A DNA stretch of 31,126 nt from the UHGV virus genome UHGV-0313797; one strand, given 5' to 3'. Within the stretch, counting starts at the first letter, position 1. Each line of letters begins with the position of its first letter. The DNA is from a virus. This document shows positions 1-8,894 of the stretch, in pieces. The notes under the pieces are model-generated. The model was not told the DNA's origin. It saw only the letters and a program-made list of their open reading frames with translations, and did not search any database. Position numbers and translations under genes: made by a program.

Positions 1-111
1 ATGCGGGCAACGGTGTTTAATTATATCGAATGTGATTACAATCGGTGGCGGCGGCACAGTTGGTGTGGCGGCCTCAGTCCGGAACAATTTGAAAACAAGA
101 ACCTCGCTTAG
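1..111 (+). CDS. IS3-family transposase (OrfB), C-terminal fragment, 5'-truncated by the window edge
   Basis: Frame 1 translates to ...[30 protein letters not shown] then stop; this matches the characteristic C-terminal tail of IS3-type integrase-fold transposases. Not in the ORF track because it has no start within the window. Confidence 0.7.
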
Positions 112-141
112 GCCTGTGTCCATATTACGTGGGTAGGATCA
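1..141 (+). mobile_element. Right end of an IS3-family insertion sequence (partial; element continues left of the window)
   Basis: Sequence ends ...CCTCGCTTAGGCCTGTGTCCATATTACGTGGGTAGGATCA at 141, which matches my recollection of the IS3 right terminal inverted repeat; an open frame ending at 111 encodes a transposase C-terminus. Confidence 0.7.
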
Positions 142-262
142 CGCAGGGGTCGGCCCATTTGAGCTTCAGATAGGAACGTTTGAATTCCTTTCACAAAATA
201 CATCACATACTGAACGTGAACATTCCCACTTTGATCTTAAGGCCAAAAAGTATGCAGGACTA

Positions 263-1981
263 ATGATTTTTAGGGATAGCTTGAGAGTATTACCTTATGG
301 TCGAGTAGATAATGATTTCTTCCAGATAGAAGAAAGACGTTCATGGAATGCAGGGCGATATTATTGGTCTAATAGAAGGATTTTTGGTTATATTGGAATT
401 ACTCAATCCAGTAATAAAGAGCTGAAAGATAAGTCGGGGAGAGAGGGATTCATAAGAAACCAGGCTGCAAGAGAACTGAAAACTATTATATCTAATTTGT
501 TAACTGAACTTGCTGATAGATTTTTTGGTTCACGTTCTGATGACCGTAAAGAGCTTTTAGAACAAGTTAAGCGTGAAAAAGAGTTAAGAAAATCTGCTCA
601 ACAACAAGCTCGAAAATCAACACAAAAAAGTTTTTCAGAAGCTTTGAAGAATCAGACACCAGTTCTTGATGCTTCCTTGGAGGCTGTTAAAAGGCTGAAA
701 ACTAAGCTTGATAAAACTGATGGTTCGTTAGATTTAAACTATCTTAAAATTATAGACAGTGATCTTACAAACTTAGATGCGTTGCGCAGTGAAATTAAAA
801 CGCCTATCAAACCTCCAAAACTTGGAATGTATGAAGAGAAATATAGAGACTACAGAGATAAATTTAATGAGTTCTCTGCGTATATTCTACAAATGAAGTT
901 AGCAATTAATAAACTTGATTCTGAATTAAATAAACTTGAGCCTTCATTGTCAGCGAAAAATCACCTTGAAAAAAATCAAGGTATTATTAATTCTAAACTA
1001 ACTAAGTTTAATAACACGATAGAGGAGAAGATACATTCTCTTTTAAAAAAATGGGCCGATGAAATAAAGGTTGATCGAAGTGATTATTATGCTAAAACTA
1101 TATCAGTTGTTGATTCAATAGATAATGATTCACAAATTGAAAATGTGTTTAATTTGCTCGATAGTTTATATGTTGAGTCAGTTGATACCCTAACTTTCAA
1201 ATATCAATCAATAATAAAAGGTCTCGATAGATTATTTGAAGGTATAAACTTAGATTCAGCATTCTCATTATCTGAAGAAGAACGCTCATATTTTGAAGAA
1301 AAAGCTAAAAGTTTAAACGCGCTTGCACAGTTAGGTATTAGTGTTGAGATAATATCTCATGAACTTGAAGAAATGGATTCTATGGTAACCAGAGGACTAA
1401 ACTCTCTTCCTACTTCTGTAAAAGAACACCCTGGTTTTTCATTGGCGTTAAATGCTCACAGATCGCTTACTCAACAAATACGTTTCTTATCACCTTTGAA
1501 AATATCAGGTTATCAATCCAGGCAGAGAATAACTGGAAAAAATATCATGGATTATGTCCTGAAGTTCTTTGGGGAGCGTTTCGAACGGCAACGAATAACT
1601 ATTGAATTTAGTGAAGAGTTTAAGCAAATCGCAATAACAGATATACCATCAAGGATCTATCCTGTTTTTACTAATATTATCAACAATGCAATGTATTGGG
1701 TCAGTCTGTCAAATAATAGGCTCATAAAGATTGGTTTTGTGAATTCTTTGGTTATCATAGCAAATTCTGGTCCGGCAATTGATACCGATGATATCCCGCG
1801 ACTATTTGAACTATTTTATAGCAAAAGAGCAAATGGACATGGGGTAGGTCTGTATCTATGTCGAGAAAACCTTGCTGTTGCACATCATAAAATATGGTAT
1901 TCAGAACCTGATGAAGGCGATAACTATTTAATAAAAGATGGCGCTAATTTTGTGATCCAGTTCAATGGAGTGGAGTTCTAA
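263..1981 (+). CDS. Histidine-kinase-like protein (coiled-coil N-terminal region, HisKA-like H-box, HATPase_c); possibly 5'-truncated by the IS3 insertion
   Basis: 572-aa ORF. C-terminal part shows an H-box-like ISHELEEMDS, an N-box NIINNAMYW, a G1-like IIANSGPAID and a G2 box GHGVGLYLCRE. The same frame stays open upstream from 263 back to position 137, inside the IS end. Confidence 0.6.
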   Translation: MIFRDSLRVLPYGRVDNDFFQIEERRSWNAGRYYWSNRRIFGYIGITQSSNKELKDKSGREGFIRNQAARELKTIISNLLTELADRFFGSRSDDRKELLEQVKREKELRKSAQQQARKSTQKSFSEALKNQTPVLDASLEAVKRLKTKLDKTDGSLDLNYLKIIDSDLTNLDALRSEIKTPIKPPKLGMYEEKYRDYRDKFNEFSAYILQMKLAINKLDSELNKLEPSLSAKNHLEKNQGIINSKLTKFNNTIEEKIHSLLKKWADEIKVDRSDYYAKTISVVDSIDNDSQIENVFNLLDSLYVESVDTLTFKYQSIIKGLDRLFEGINLDSAFSLSEEERSYFEEKAKSLNALAQLGISVEIISHELEEMDSMVTRGLNSLPTSVKEHPGFSLALNAHRSLTQQIRFLSPLKISGYQSRQRITGKNIMDYVLKFFGERFERQRITIEFSEEFKQIAITDIPSRIYPVFTNIINNAMYWVSLSNNRLIKIGFVNSLVIIANSGPAIDTDDIPRLFELFYSKRANGHGVGLYLCRENLAVAHHKIWYSEPDEGDNYLIKDGANFVIQFNGVEF

Positions 1982-1982
1982 T

Positions 1983-3731
1983 ATGACAGTGGCAAATTAT
2001 AATTCTCTTGTCCAGAAAACTTTCTGCGAAAATGCAATTCGTTCCGTTGTCATGATTGATGACGATTTTCTGACGTATTCTGAATCAATCAGGGCGTTGA
2101 ATAACGAAGTTGATTTAGACTACAACAAAATTGACTCATCTAAACGAGCCGCTACTCTTGAGAGCTTTTTTCAATCTAAAAATATGATTTGTGATGTTGA
2201 CAATGGTTCTGTTAATTTCGATGTGGATCGGATTAGAAAATCAGATCTTATTATTGTAGATTATCATCTTGATAATAATGCACCTGATAAAACACTTAAA
2301 CTATTACAAGATTTGAAAGACTCCGATCATTTAAATATGATTGTAATATATACTAGAGAGAATTTAGAAACGGTTTGGATGCAGATATCATCGACTCTCA
2401 AAGGTGCTCTGGATATCAACAGCTTGATCATTGACTACGATAATGAAGATGTCCAAAGTTATTGGGAAGACGTTGTATTACCGAACTTAAATGATAATGG
2501 TAATAAAGCTCTCACAAGAGATGAAACAATAGCCTATATTAAAGACAGTAAGCCTTGTAGAAGAATTAAAAGATTAATACATGATGATGCTGTGTTGAAG
2601 GATCAAAAGGATAAAAACTTCATTGCAAAAATGATTGCAGAATATGCTGTGTCTAGAAATGCAATTATTTCTAGCAACACATCTGGCAATGTCATTCGGG
2701 GTGATGAAAGCGGAGTAAAATGGATTCAATGTGGTAATATCTTTGTCTCCCTATTTCATAAGGTTCAAGATGATCATGAAAACGATGGAGATAGGATTTG
2801 GCAAACTCTCAATGATTCTCTCATTGAATGGAAACCATCTTATTATCAGTTAATAAAATCTGAAATTCAGAATGCAATCGAAGCTGAGGCTTTATCTTTT
2901 GTAAATCATTTGGCTAACGATCATTACGGTCAAGCTGCGTGGTTAAATGAGATATTAAAATCAGACTCGCCTGATATTAGATGTAGAAATATTGACTTTG
3001 TATTTGGTAATTTATCAGAAGAGCTTTATCAAAGACTTAAAAATAATAATACGCTGGATGAATTTATCAAAAGTGTTTTTGATAGCTATTCAAATGAATA
3101 CGCTAACAGCGGAGTTGCTGCATTGCTCCAATATTGCTCTTCAAAAATGGATCTGCCATCAAATAATGATACTTATCACGAAATGTATCATGCTTTAAAT
3201 ATGAATTTGTCTTCAAAGAATTTTGAAGATGGTCATATTTCTACTGGCACTATTTTCTTTGATACAGAGTCGAACAAATGGTATTTATGTGTATCTGCGG
3301 CATGTGATTTGGTTCCTACTCAGGGTAACGACCCTCACCATGTAAGATTAAGTCCGCACAGGCTCATTAAAGTTCTGGAGCTTTTTAACGCCAGTCAGAG
3401 TAAAGCATTGCCATTTGCTGAACATTCGAAATATATATATGTAATGCATAAAAATCAAAGAAAATATCTCTCTATTTTCGAAGGGGATAAAACGCTTCCT
3501 GTTGTTGATTATATGGTGGTGTTGAATCATGGAACAACAGTTGATGGCGAAGAAAAAAATATTATTTCTGCCGTGTTTTTAAGTAATATGGATGGCAACG
3601 TGCAAAATGTTCCTGTCCGACTCAAACTTAAATCTCAACTGAGAACTGGTTATGCAGAAAGATATCAGGCTATAGCGTCTCAGTATAGCTCAAGGATTGG
3701 TGTGGATTATGTATCAATGATGCTACCATAA
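1983..3731 (+). CDS. Receiver (REC)-like domain protein with a large uncharacterized C-terminal region
   Basis: ORF 1965..3731; preferred start is the ATG at 1983, 7 nt after a GGAG. N-terminus has VVMIDDD (acidic pair), then IIVDYHLD (candidate phospho-acceptor Asp) and IVIYT (conserved Thr), a receiver-like pattern with longer spacing than canonical. Residues 150-582 have no motif I recognise. Immediately follows the kinase-like gene. Confidence 0.5.
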   Translation: MTVANYNSLVQKTFCENAIRSVVMIDDDFLTYSESIRALNNEVDLDYNKIDSSKRAATLESFFQSKNMICDVDNGSVNFDVDRIRKSDLIIVDYHLDNNAPDKTLKLLQDLKDSDHLNMIVIYTRENLETVWMQISSTLKGALDINSLIIDYDNEDVQSYWEDVVLPNLNDNGNKALTRDETIAYIKDSKPCRRIKRLIHDDAVLKDQKDKNFIAKMIAEYAVSRNAIISSNTSGNVIRGDESGVKWIQCGNIFVSLFHKVQDDHENDGDRIWQTLNDSLIEWKPSYYQLIKSEIQNAIEAEALSFVNHLANDHYGQAAWLNEILKSDSPDIRCRNIDFVFGNLSEELYQRLKNNNTLDEFIKSVFDSYSNEYANSGVAALLQYCSSKMDLPSNNDTYHEMYHALNMNLSSKNFEDGHISTGTIFFDTESNKWYLCVSAACDLVPTQGNDPHHVRLSPHRLIKVLELFNASQSKALPFAEHSKYIYVMHKNQRKYLSIFEGDKTLPVVDYMVVLNHGTTVDGEEKNIISAVFLSNMDGNVQNVPVRLKLKSQLRTGYAERYQAIASQYSSRIGVDYVSMMLP

Positions 3732-3802
3732 TTATTATATTTTAGGCGTGGTGATTTTTTTTCGCCATGCCTATTTTATATTTATCATCACAATGATGTT
3801 GT

Positions 3803-4219
3803 TTATTTTTGTTTAAGTCTTCTAAGCTTCATGCATTCTAATGAGAATAATAATAGAGTTGTGCTGTATATAAAGCCAGAGTTAGTTAATAACTTTAAAT
3901 TTAATGCTTCAGGATTTTCACTGAGAAAGTGAAAGGCATAAACTAAGTATACAGCTAAAGTAGCCGTTCCAATTGTTGGTCCAATATCGCCTTGATCATG
4001 AGGTTCAAGGTTTACATTGAACTTGAAGATTAGCCATTCAAATCCCCAAGTAAAAAAAACAACTAATATCATGGCTGCGAATAATTTCGCGATGTTATCT
4101 GCTGATGGATTCATCAGAACAGATTGTTTCTGAAAAAATTCACAAAGTGAGAGTCCGAAAAAAATAAAAAAAAGTGGTCTGGAACTAAATTTTTCAAAAA
4201 CTTTGAATAGGGTTTCCAT
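3803..4219 (-). CDS. Small hydrophobic (membrane) protein, hypothetical
   Basis: 138-aa ORF with several hydrophobic stretches (LFFIFFGLSL, FAAMILVVFFTWGF, TATLAVYLVYAF); AGG-type RBS upstream of the ATG; AT-rich. Confidence 0.45.
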   Translation of the reverse strand: METLFKVFEKFSSRPLFFIFFGLSLCEFFQKQSVLMNPSADNIAKLFAAMILVVFFTWGFEWLIFKFNVNLEPHDQGDIGPTIGTATLAVYLVYAFHFLSENPEALNLKLLTNSGFIYSTTLLLFSLECMKLRRLKQK

Positions 4220-4257
4220 TTTCTTTACCTTCAGGATTATATTAGCTATTCTGATAC

Positions 4258-5487
4258 TTAGGCTACCAGAGCATTTGATCTTTGAGCTTGAAGGTAATCA
4301 CTCCACCATTGCATCAAACTCTGTCGCTCTATCAGATATTCTGCACGATTGTATGCTGCGATAATTTCATCTTTTTTCGAGTGGGCAAGCGCTGCCTCAA
4401 GAACTTCAGCTCTGAATTTACCAGACTCCTCTGCCGCTGTTCGTGCAATAGAACGCATACCGTGAGCTACAAGCTCGCCTCCGAACCCCATTCGGATGAT
4501 AGCTGCGTTGGCTGTTTGTTCATGCATATGATTAAGAGGCGCTTTTATGCTGGGGAAAACCCATTCTCTATGCCCACTTATTGATTTCATTAATTCAAGG
4601 ATGCGCAAAGCTTCTTTACTCAAAGGAACTTTGTGAAGCTTTTTCATTTTCATGAAATCAGCAGGAATGTTCCAAATGCTGTTGGTTGTATCAATATCAG
4701 ACCACCTTGCGCGAACGGCTTCACCCGGACGAACCCATGTCAACAATTGCCATTCAATTAGCATACGTGTTTCCAACCGGATTGACGCATTCGTCAAAGA
4801 TTCCATAAACCTTGGCAATTCGCTTGGGGGAAGGGCAGGCATATTTTGCTTTTTTGGTTTACTGAATCTTTGACCAAGGTTGTCAGCCGGGTTGAACTCA
4901 ATAAGTTCTTCAGTAGCTGCCCACCGGAAGATTTCATTCAGACGTGAAATGATACGGCGTAGAGTTTCCAATACGCCTCGTTGCTCAATAGGATCAAGGT
5001 GTTGTTTTAAGAGCTTAGGTCGGATCTCATTGATAGGGACATTACCCAGACCGGGAAAGACATTTCTCTCTAAGCTGCGCCAGATGTCTGCTGCATGGTC
5101 TTGTGAGATACCTGATGTCTTTACCTTCTCATCTAACCATTTCCGCGCTACGGCTTGGAGAGTGTGCTCAGTAGCACTCTTTAATGCCTTCGCCTTATCG
5201 TTGTTATGGATTTGGGGATCAACACCATTTGCCAGAAAGGAGAGATATTCATCACGTAAGGCTCTGGCTCTTGCAAGGGTAAGGTGAGGATATGTCCCAA
5301 GGCTCATTTTGGTTCTTTTCTTGCTCACTGGTACTGCATACCTGAAATACCAATTTTTCTTGCCTCCTTTCGCCAAAGGAGCGATTCGTAGAATCAGACC
5401 ATCACCGTCAAACAAGTTGATTTCTTTATCGGCTGGCTTGGTGCTTTTGATTTCAGTGTCAGTGAGCTTCTTAGCGATTTTTGCCAT
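4258..5487 (-). CDS. Tyrosine recombinase, P4-type integrase family
   Basis: ORF 4258..5529 trimmed to the ATG preceded by GGAGGG (MAKIAKKLTDTEIKS...). N-terminus resembles the P4-integrase N-terminal domain (LTDTEIKSTKPADKE...LFDGDGLILRI); catalytic-domain-like C-terminus (HGMRSIARTAAEE, AHS...AAYNRAEY). Sits directly downstream of a tmRNA 3' end copy, as CP4-57 intA does at ssrA. Confidence 0.85.
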   Translation of the reverse strand: MAKIAKKLTDTEIKSTKPADKEINLFDGDGLILRIAPLAKGGKKNWYFRYAVPVSKKRTKMSLGTYPHLTLARARALRDEYLSFLANGVDPQIHNNDKAKALKSATEHTLQAVARKWLDEKVKTSGISQDHAADIWRSLERNVFPGLGNVPINEIRPKLLKQHLDPIEQRGVLETLRRIISRLNEIFRWAATEELIEFNPADNLGQRFSKPKKQNMPALPPSELPRFMESLTNASIRLETRMLIEWQLLTWVRPGEAVRARWSDIDTTNSIWNIPADFMKMKKLHKVPLSKEALRILELMKSISGHREWVFPSIKAPLNHMHEQTANAAIIRMGFGGELVAHGMRSIARTAAEESGKFRAEVLEAALAHSKKDEIIAAYNRAEYLIERQSLMQWWSDYLQAQRSNALVA

Positions 5488-5652
5488 TTTGGGACCCTCG
5501 GTTTTTGGACCCTTCTTAGTGGGTCCCATTCAGGGTGCCATAACTCGTAGTTCTCAGCAATTCTCACTGGACGACAATAGACGTAAAAAAGCCCGCAGAG
5601 CTTGTGCTGTGTGGGCTTAGTAGACTTCATTGAACTTCAAACAACTAAAAAG

Positions 5653-5697
5653 TGGTGGAGCTGGCGGGAGTTGAACCCGCGTCCGAAATTCCTACAT
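5653..5697 (-). repeat. 45-bp copy of the tmRNA (ssrA) 3' end: attachment-site core at the junction of the two integrated elements
   Basis: Reverse complement reads ATGTAGGAATTTCGGACGCGGGTTCAACTCCCGCCAGCTCCACCA, which matches the E. coli ssrA 3' terminus as I recall it; similarity stops abruptly on the 5' side, so this is an att duplicate and not a full tmRNA gene. Confidence 0.7.
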
Positions 5698-5752
5698 ACT
5701 ATTATTTAACTATCTAAATCATAGGTTTATTAATAGTATCAATGGGATAGTT

Positions 5753-6844
5753 TTAGACTGTGTTAGGCATTTTTACGTCGTTAAACTTCTTTGTCGCCAT
5801 TTTGCCGCCACTGGAAGCTTTTATAACGTTAGGCTTTGTATATTTATCCCAGTGAGGAGAATAAATCGGACAATCAAGTGTAATATATTGATCAAAAAGA
5901 AATCTAAAGTCTGTTTCATATATATAATTAATTATATGTTCATACGGAGCTAATTCGGCACCATAAATTATCGTTTTTATTTTTCTTGTTAGATATATAC
6001 TTGCCTCAACGAATTCAAGAAAAGCATTTTCTTCGTGAGCAAAAGTAATAATACTGTATTCATTGATCGATATTTTATATCTTGCCCGCATAATACTGTC
6101 GATACAGAGCTTTTCAAAAATCATGGCTGTTTTGTTAGAAACAGAATTTATTATTCTAAGGTACTCCAGTGGTTTATTTTCTGGGGCCAGTTTCCTTGGT
6201 TTTAGTGCGTTATCTATATCTCTAAGTAATACTTCTATTTCTTCTAGGAACTTGCTGCTTGGTTCGAAGTTAGATAGGCTGTGTGGGGCTGAGTTGGGGT
6301 ATATTTTTTTATAGAGCAAGTAAGGATTTGTAATTTTAACTTGATCGGTAGTTGCTATTTTTTCATTATCAATTTCCTTGGACGAAATGATGCTTCCATC
6401 TTTGTTAGATAGATTTAAAATTGTGAAAGTAGATAAGTGGTTTATTTTTTCGATGAAGTTTTTTTCATGAGCCAAATATCTGTCAACGGCATTTTTGCTA
6501 TCAGCTGCTTGTATTTGTGCTTCGGTTTGAATTGTGCGATGAATATTGTTTACTATCGATGCGAGAGGAACAGAACTTGCTAGTAGCAATAAAGGAAACT
6601 TGCTGATCTCATAAAATCTAAAATATCCGTGAGCAGTGAGGACAGGTGTTTTTCCACTCCATGCAAAGTAACCAAAGTAAAAAAATGAAAAAACAGGAAG
6701 TAAAATCGATAACCAAAATAATTTTTGGCGGTATAGATTTCTTTTGTCTAACTTGTACCATCTCCTCCAAATGGAAATGATTAAAATTAATATAATTATT
6801 GTTGCATAAATATAAATGTATATATGGTCAGGATATGTTTTCAT
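5753..6844 (-). CDS. Membrane-anchored hypothetical protein; cargo gene translationally coupled to the prophage integrase
   Basis: 363-aa ORF; its ATG overlaps the int stop codon (ATGA overlap at 6841-6844). N-terminal predicted TM segments (ATIIILILIISIW, LFWLSILLPVFSFFYFGYFAW, FPLLLLASSVPLASIV) followed by about 270 soluble residues with no recognised motif. Visibly AT-rich compared with neighbouring phage genes. Confidence 0.6.
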   Translation of the reverse strand: MKTYPDHIYIYIYATIIILILIISIWRRWYKLDKRNLYRQKLFWLSILLPVFSFFYFGYFAWSGKTPVLTAHGYFRFYEISKFPLLLLASSVPLASIVNNIHRTIQTEAQIQAADSKNAVDRYLAHEKNFIEKINHLSTFTILNLSNKDGSIISSKEIDNEKIATTDQVKITNPYLLYKKIYPNSAPHSLSNFEPSSKFLEEIEVLLRDIDNALKPRKLAPENKPLEYLRIINSVSNKTAMIFEKLCIDSIMRARYKISINEYSIITFAHEENAFLEFVEASIYLTRKIKTIIYGAELAPYEHIINYIYETDFRFLFDQYITLDCPIYSPHWDKYTKPNVIKASSGGKMATKKFNDVKMPNTV

Positions 6845-7863
6845 ACGTGATTTATACTATTTAGTGGGTTTTTGGTTACTGCATCTTCAAGATGTTCAGG
6901 GGAAAAATGTGCATATACCATGGTCATCTTGATATCTGAGTGACCCAATATATCTCTCAATACTAGGATATTTCCGCCGTTCATCATAAAATGGCTGGCG
7001 AATGTATGGCGCAACACGTGAGTGCATTGGCCATCAGGCAGTTCGATACCGGCCCGTTTTACTGCACGCTCAAAGGCTTTTCTGCATGGTGTGAATAACT
7101 TCCCTCTGTTTTTGGGTAGCTCGTTGTACAGATCCTGAGATATCGGTACGGTGCGGTTTTTTTTACCCTTTGTCTTTGTATAGGTAATCCGGTATTTCGA
7201 TAGTTGATGTCCCTGCAGGTTTTCAGCTTCACTCCAACGTGCACCAGTTGCTAGGCATATTTTTGCAATCATCAGCAGACTGGGGCTTTGAGAATCAGCA
7301 CAGGCATCTAGCAGACGTTTAATTTCTTCCGGAGTCAAGAACGCCAGTTCACCTTCAGTAATTTTAAATGTTGGAAGCCCGGCAAGAGGGTTGGGGGCTG
7401 ACCAGTGGCCCAGCTTTTTCAGTGTACCAAAAACCGATGATAGGTTGCGTTGTTCAAGATTTACCGTGCGGGGCTTAACGGGCGACATTAGCGTGCCATC
7501 TTCATTTCGCACTTCACCTTTTAGCCGTGCTTCGCGGTATTTCGTAAAGTCACCGGCAGTCAGCTCTGAAGCGATGGGATCGCCTAGACCATTACAGATA
7601 ATTCTAAGTTTCGCCATGAGGCGCTTGGGGTCTGCGAGTGTTTGACCATATAGGGAATACCACAGCTCAATTAATTCTGATAGGCGTCTGCGATCTTCCT
7701 TTTCCCCCAACCATGGTTTTTTGTTCACTTCTTCCATTGTGAAGCTTTCAAAAGCAATGGCTTCGCCTTTTGTAGCAAATTGCTTACGTACGCGCTTGCC
7801 ATTGCGTCCATTGGGATAGCACTCACACAACCATTTACCGTTTGGCTGTTTTCTGACAGTCAT
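6841..7863 (-). CDS. int: P2-type prophage integrase (tyrosine recombinase)
   Basis: 340 aa; C-terminal catalytic region HVLRHTFASHFMMNGGNILVLRDILGHSDIKMTMVYAHF is typical of P2/186 integrases; size and position next to the repressor gene match the P2-family layout. Confidence 0.9.
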   Translation of the reverse strand: MTVRKQPNGKWLCECYPNGRNGKRVRKQFATKGEAIAFESFTMEEVNKKPWLGEKEDRRRLSELIELWYSLYGQTLADPKRLMAKLRIICNGLGDPIASELTAGDFTKYREARLKGEVRNEDGTLMSPVKPRTVNLEQRNLSSVFGTLKKLGHWSAPNPLAGLPTFKITEGELAFLTPEEIKRLLDACADSQSPSLLMIAKICLATGARWSEAENLQGHQLSKYRITYTKTKGKKNRTVPISQDLYNELPKNRGKLFTPCRKAFERAVKRAGIELPDGQCTHVLRHTFASHFMMNGGNILVLRDILGHSDIKMTMVYAHFSPEHLEDAVTKNPLNSINHV

Positions 7864-7865
7864 GT

Positions 7866-8498
7866 TTAGATACTCTTTATTACTTTGACTGCGCGCCCAA
7901 TAATTTCCACATCATCAGCAGAACACTCGAAAGACGCTTCATCTTGATTTACTACAATCTTATTGCCGGGAATCCGCATGATTTTTGCAATAATAATCAT
8001 TCCATCAATATTGATTAGCCAGAATCCATTGCTGACTTGTTTAACTGATTTATCGATGAGATAACAATCAGTTGGGGTTTCTAAGAACATCGATTCTTCA
8101 TAATGTGCAGGTAATATGCTGTGGTCTAGGAAAATATCTTCATCAATACTGAGTTTTCCATTCTCTAAGGTTCCTTTAGGAATAGATGGAGTTATGAGTT
8201 TGGATAGTGGTTTAATTGCTTGTTTGTTCTCATTATGAGATCTTTTCTCAGGCTCACATCCTCCTTTCATGCTTCCCTGGCCTGTAGCTAACCAAAGCAA
8301 CGAAACACCGGTTTCTAGTGCGCACTGAATTATCCAGTCAGCAGGAAAACTGTCGCGTAACACTCTGTTTGCCATAGTGCTTTTTGAGACATTCAGGTGC
8401 TCGCTTAATGCCTGCTTAGTTGTGAATCCATAAGCCTCAAGCAGCCTCTCAATAGCTGCCTTGCCTCCCGTATCGGAACCCATTCTGATGTTTAACAT
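7866..8498 (-). CDS. cI: Immunity repressor, phage 186 CI-like
   Basis: ORF 7866..8546 trimmed to the ATG preceded by GGAGA (MLNIRMGSD...). N-terminal HTH-like region (CALETGVSLLWLATGQG) resembles 186 CI; divergent from apl and upstream of int as in 186. Confidence 0.75.
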   Translation of the reverse strand: MLNIRMGSDTGGKAAIERLLEAYGFTTKQALSEHLNVSKSTMANRVLRDSFPADWIIQCALETGVSLLWLATGQGSMKGGCEPEKRSHNENKQAIKPLSKLITPSIPKGTLENGKLSIDEDIFLDHSILPAHYEESMFLETPTDCYLIDKSVKQVSNGFWLINIDGMIIIAKIMRIPGNKIVVNQDEASFECSADDVEIIGRAVKVIKSI

Positions 8499-8619
8499 TG
8501 GTAATCTCCATTTGAAAATCTTGAGTCGAGATCGTAATGTCTTCATGTCTCTTGATGTGAGAGTTTAAGAGACGGACTAAAACGAACTAACACGCACACA
8601 AAGTAAGAGATACTGCACT
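8499..8619. promoter_or_regulatory. Lysis-lysogeny switch region (expected face-to-face lytic and lysogenic promoters with operators)
   Basis: 121-bp intergenic region between the divergent cI and apl genes; call is by position and analogy to the 186/P2 switch. Individual promoter hexamers were not resolved. Confidence 0.4.
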
Positions 8620-8862
8620 ATGAGTACTGATATTTCAATTCGTGTACCAAAAGAGATGGCTACGCCTGCAGAGTTCGCAGAGTGGGAGGGCATTTCCCGT
8701 GGCTCTGTTTACCAAAAAATTCACCATGGCCAACTTGCTAAATACATGGTCAAGAAAGAAAAAAACAAAGGCCGCGTAAGCCTGCGTTATCTGATGTACA
8801 AAACCGATCAGGTCCGTGAATCCCTCGGTCATTCCAACTTCCGTGTCATTGTTGGTAAGTAA
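8620..8862 (+). CDS. apl: Apl/Cox-like excisionase and transcriptional regulator
   Basis: 80-aa ORF, first gene of the rightward early operon; size and position correspond to 186 apl / P2 cox. Confidence 0.65.
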   Translation: MSTDISIRVPKEMATPAEFAEWEGISRGSVYQKIHHGQLAKYMVKKEKNKGRVSLRYLMYKTDQVRESLGHSNFRVIVGK

Positions 8863-8894
8863 GTTCAATTATGGGAACTTTCTAAGGGGGCAGC

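Noticed and set aside
2992-3198. 68-aa plus-strand ORF
   Set aside because: Internal alternative frame of the receiver-like gene, no RBS, low-complexity Ile/Leu-rich translation from AT-rich DNA.
3732-3802. Possible bidirectional terminator between the receiver-like gene and the small membrane-protein gene
   Set aside because: Contains a T-run and partial dyad (AGGCGTGG...CGCCATGCC) but the stem is imperfect and I could not define a convincing hairpin by eye.
4282-5620. Several plus-strand ORFs (4282-4584, 4652-4873, 4880-5287, 5309-5620) overlapping the P4-type integrase
   Set aside because: Antisense to a confidently called integrase gene; Cys/Arg/Ser-rich translations and no translation-initiation signals.
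5640-5700. Possible complete tRNA or tmRNA gene
   Set aside because: Only the last 45 nt of ssrA are present; the upstream sequence is unrelated AT-rich DNA, so this is an att-site duplicate, not a functional RNA gene.
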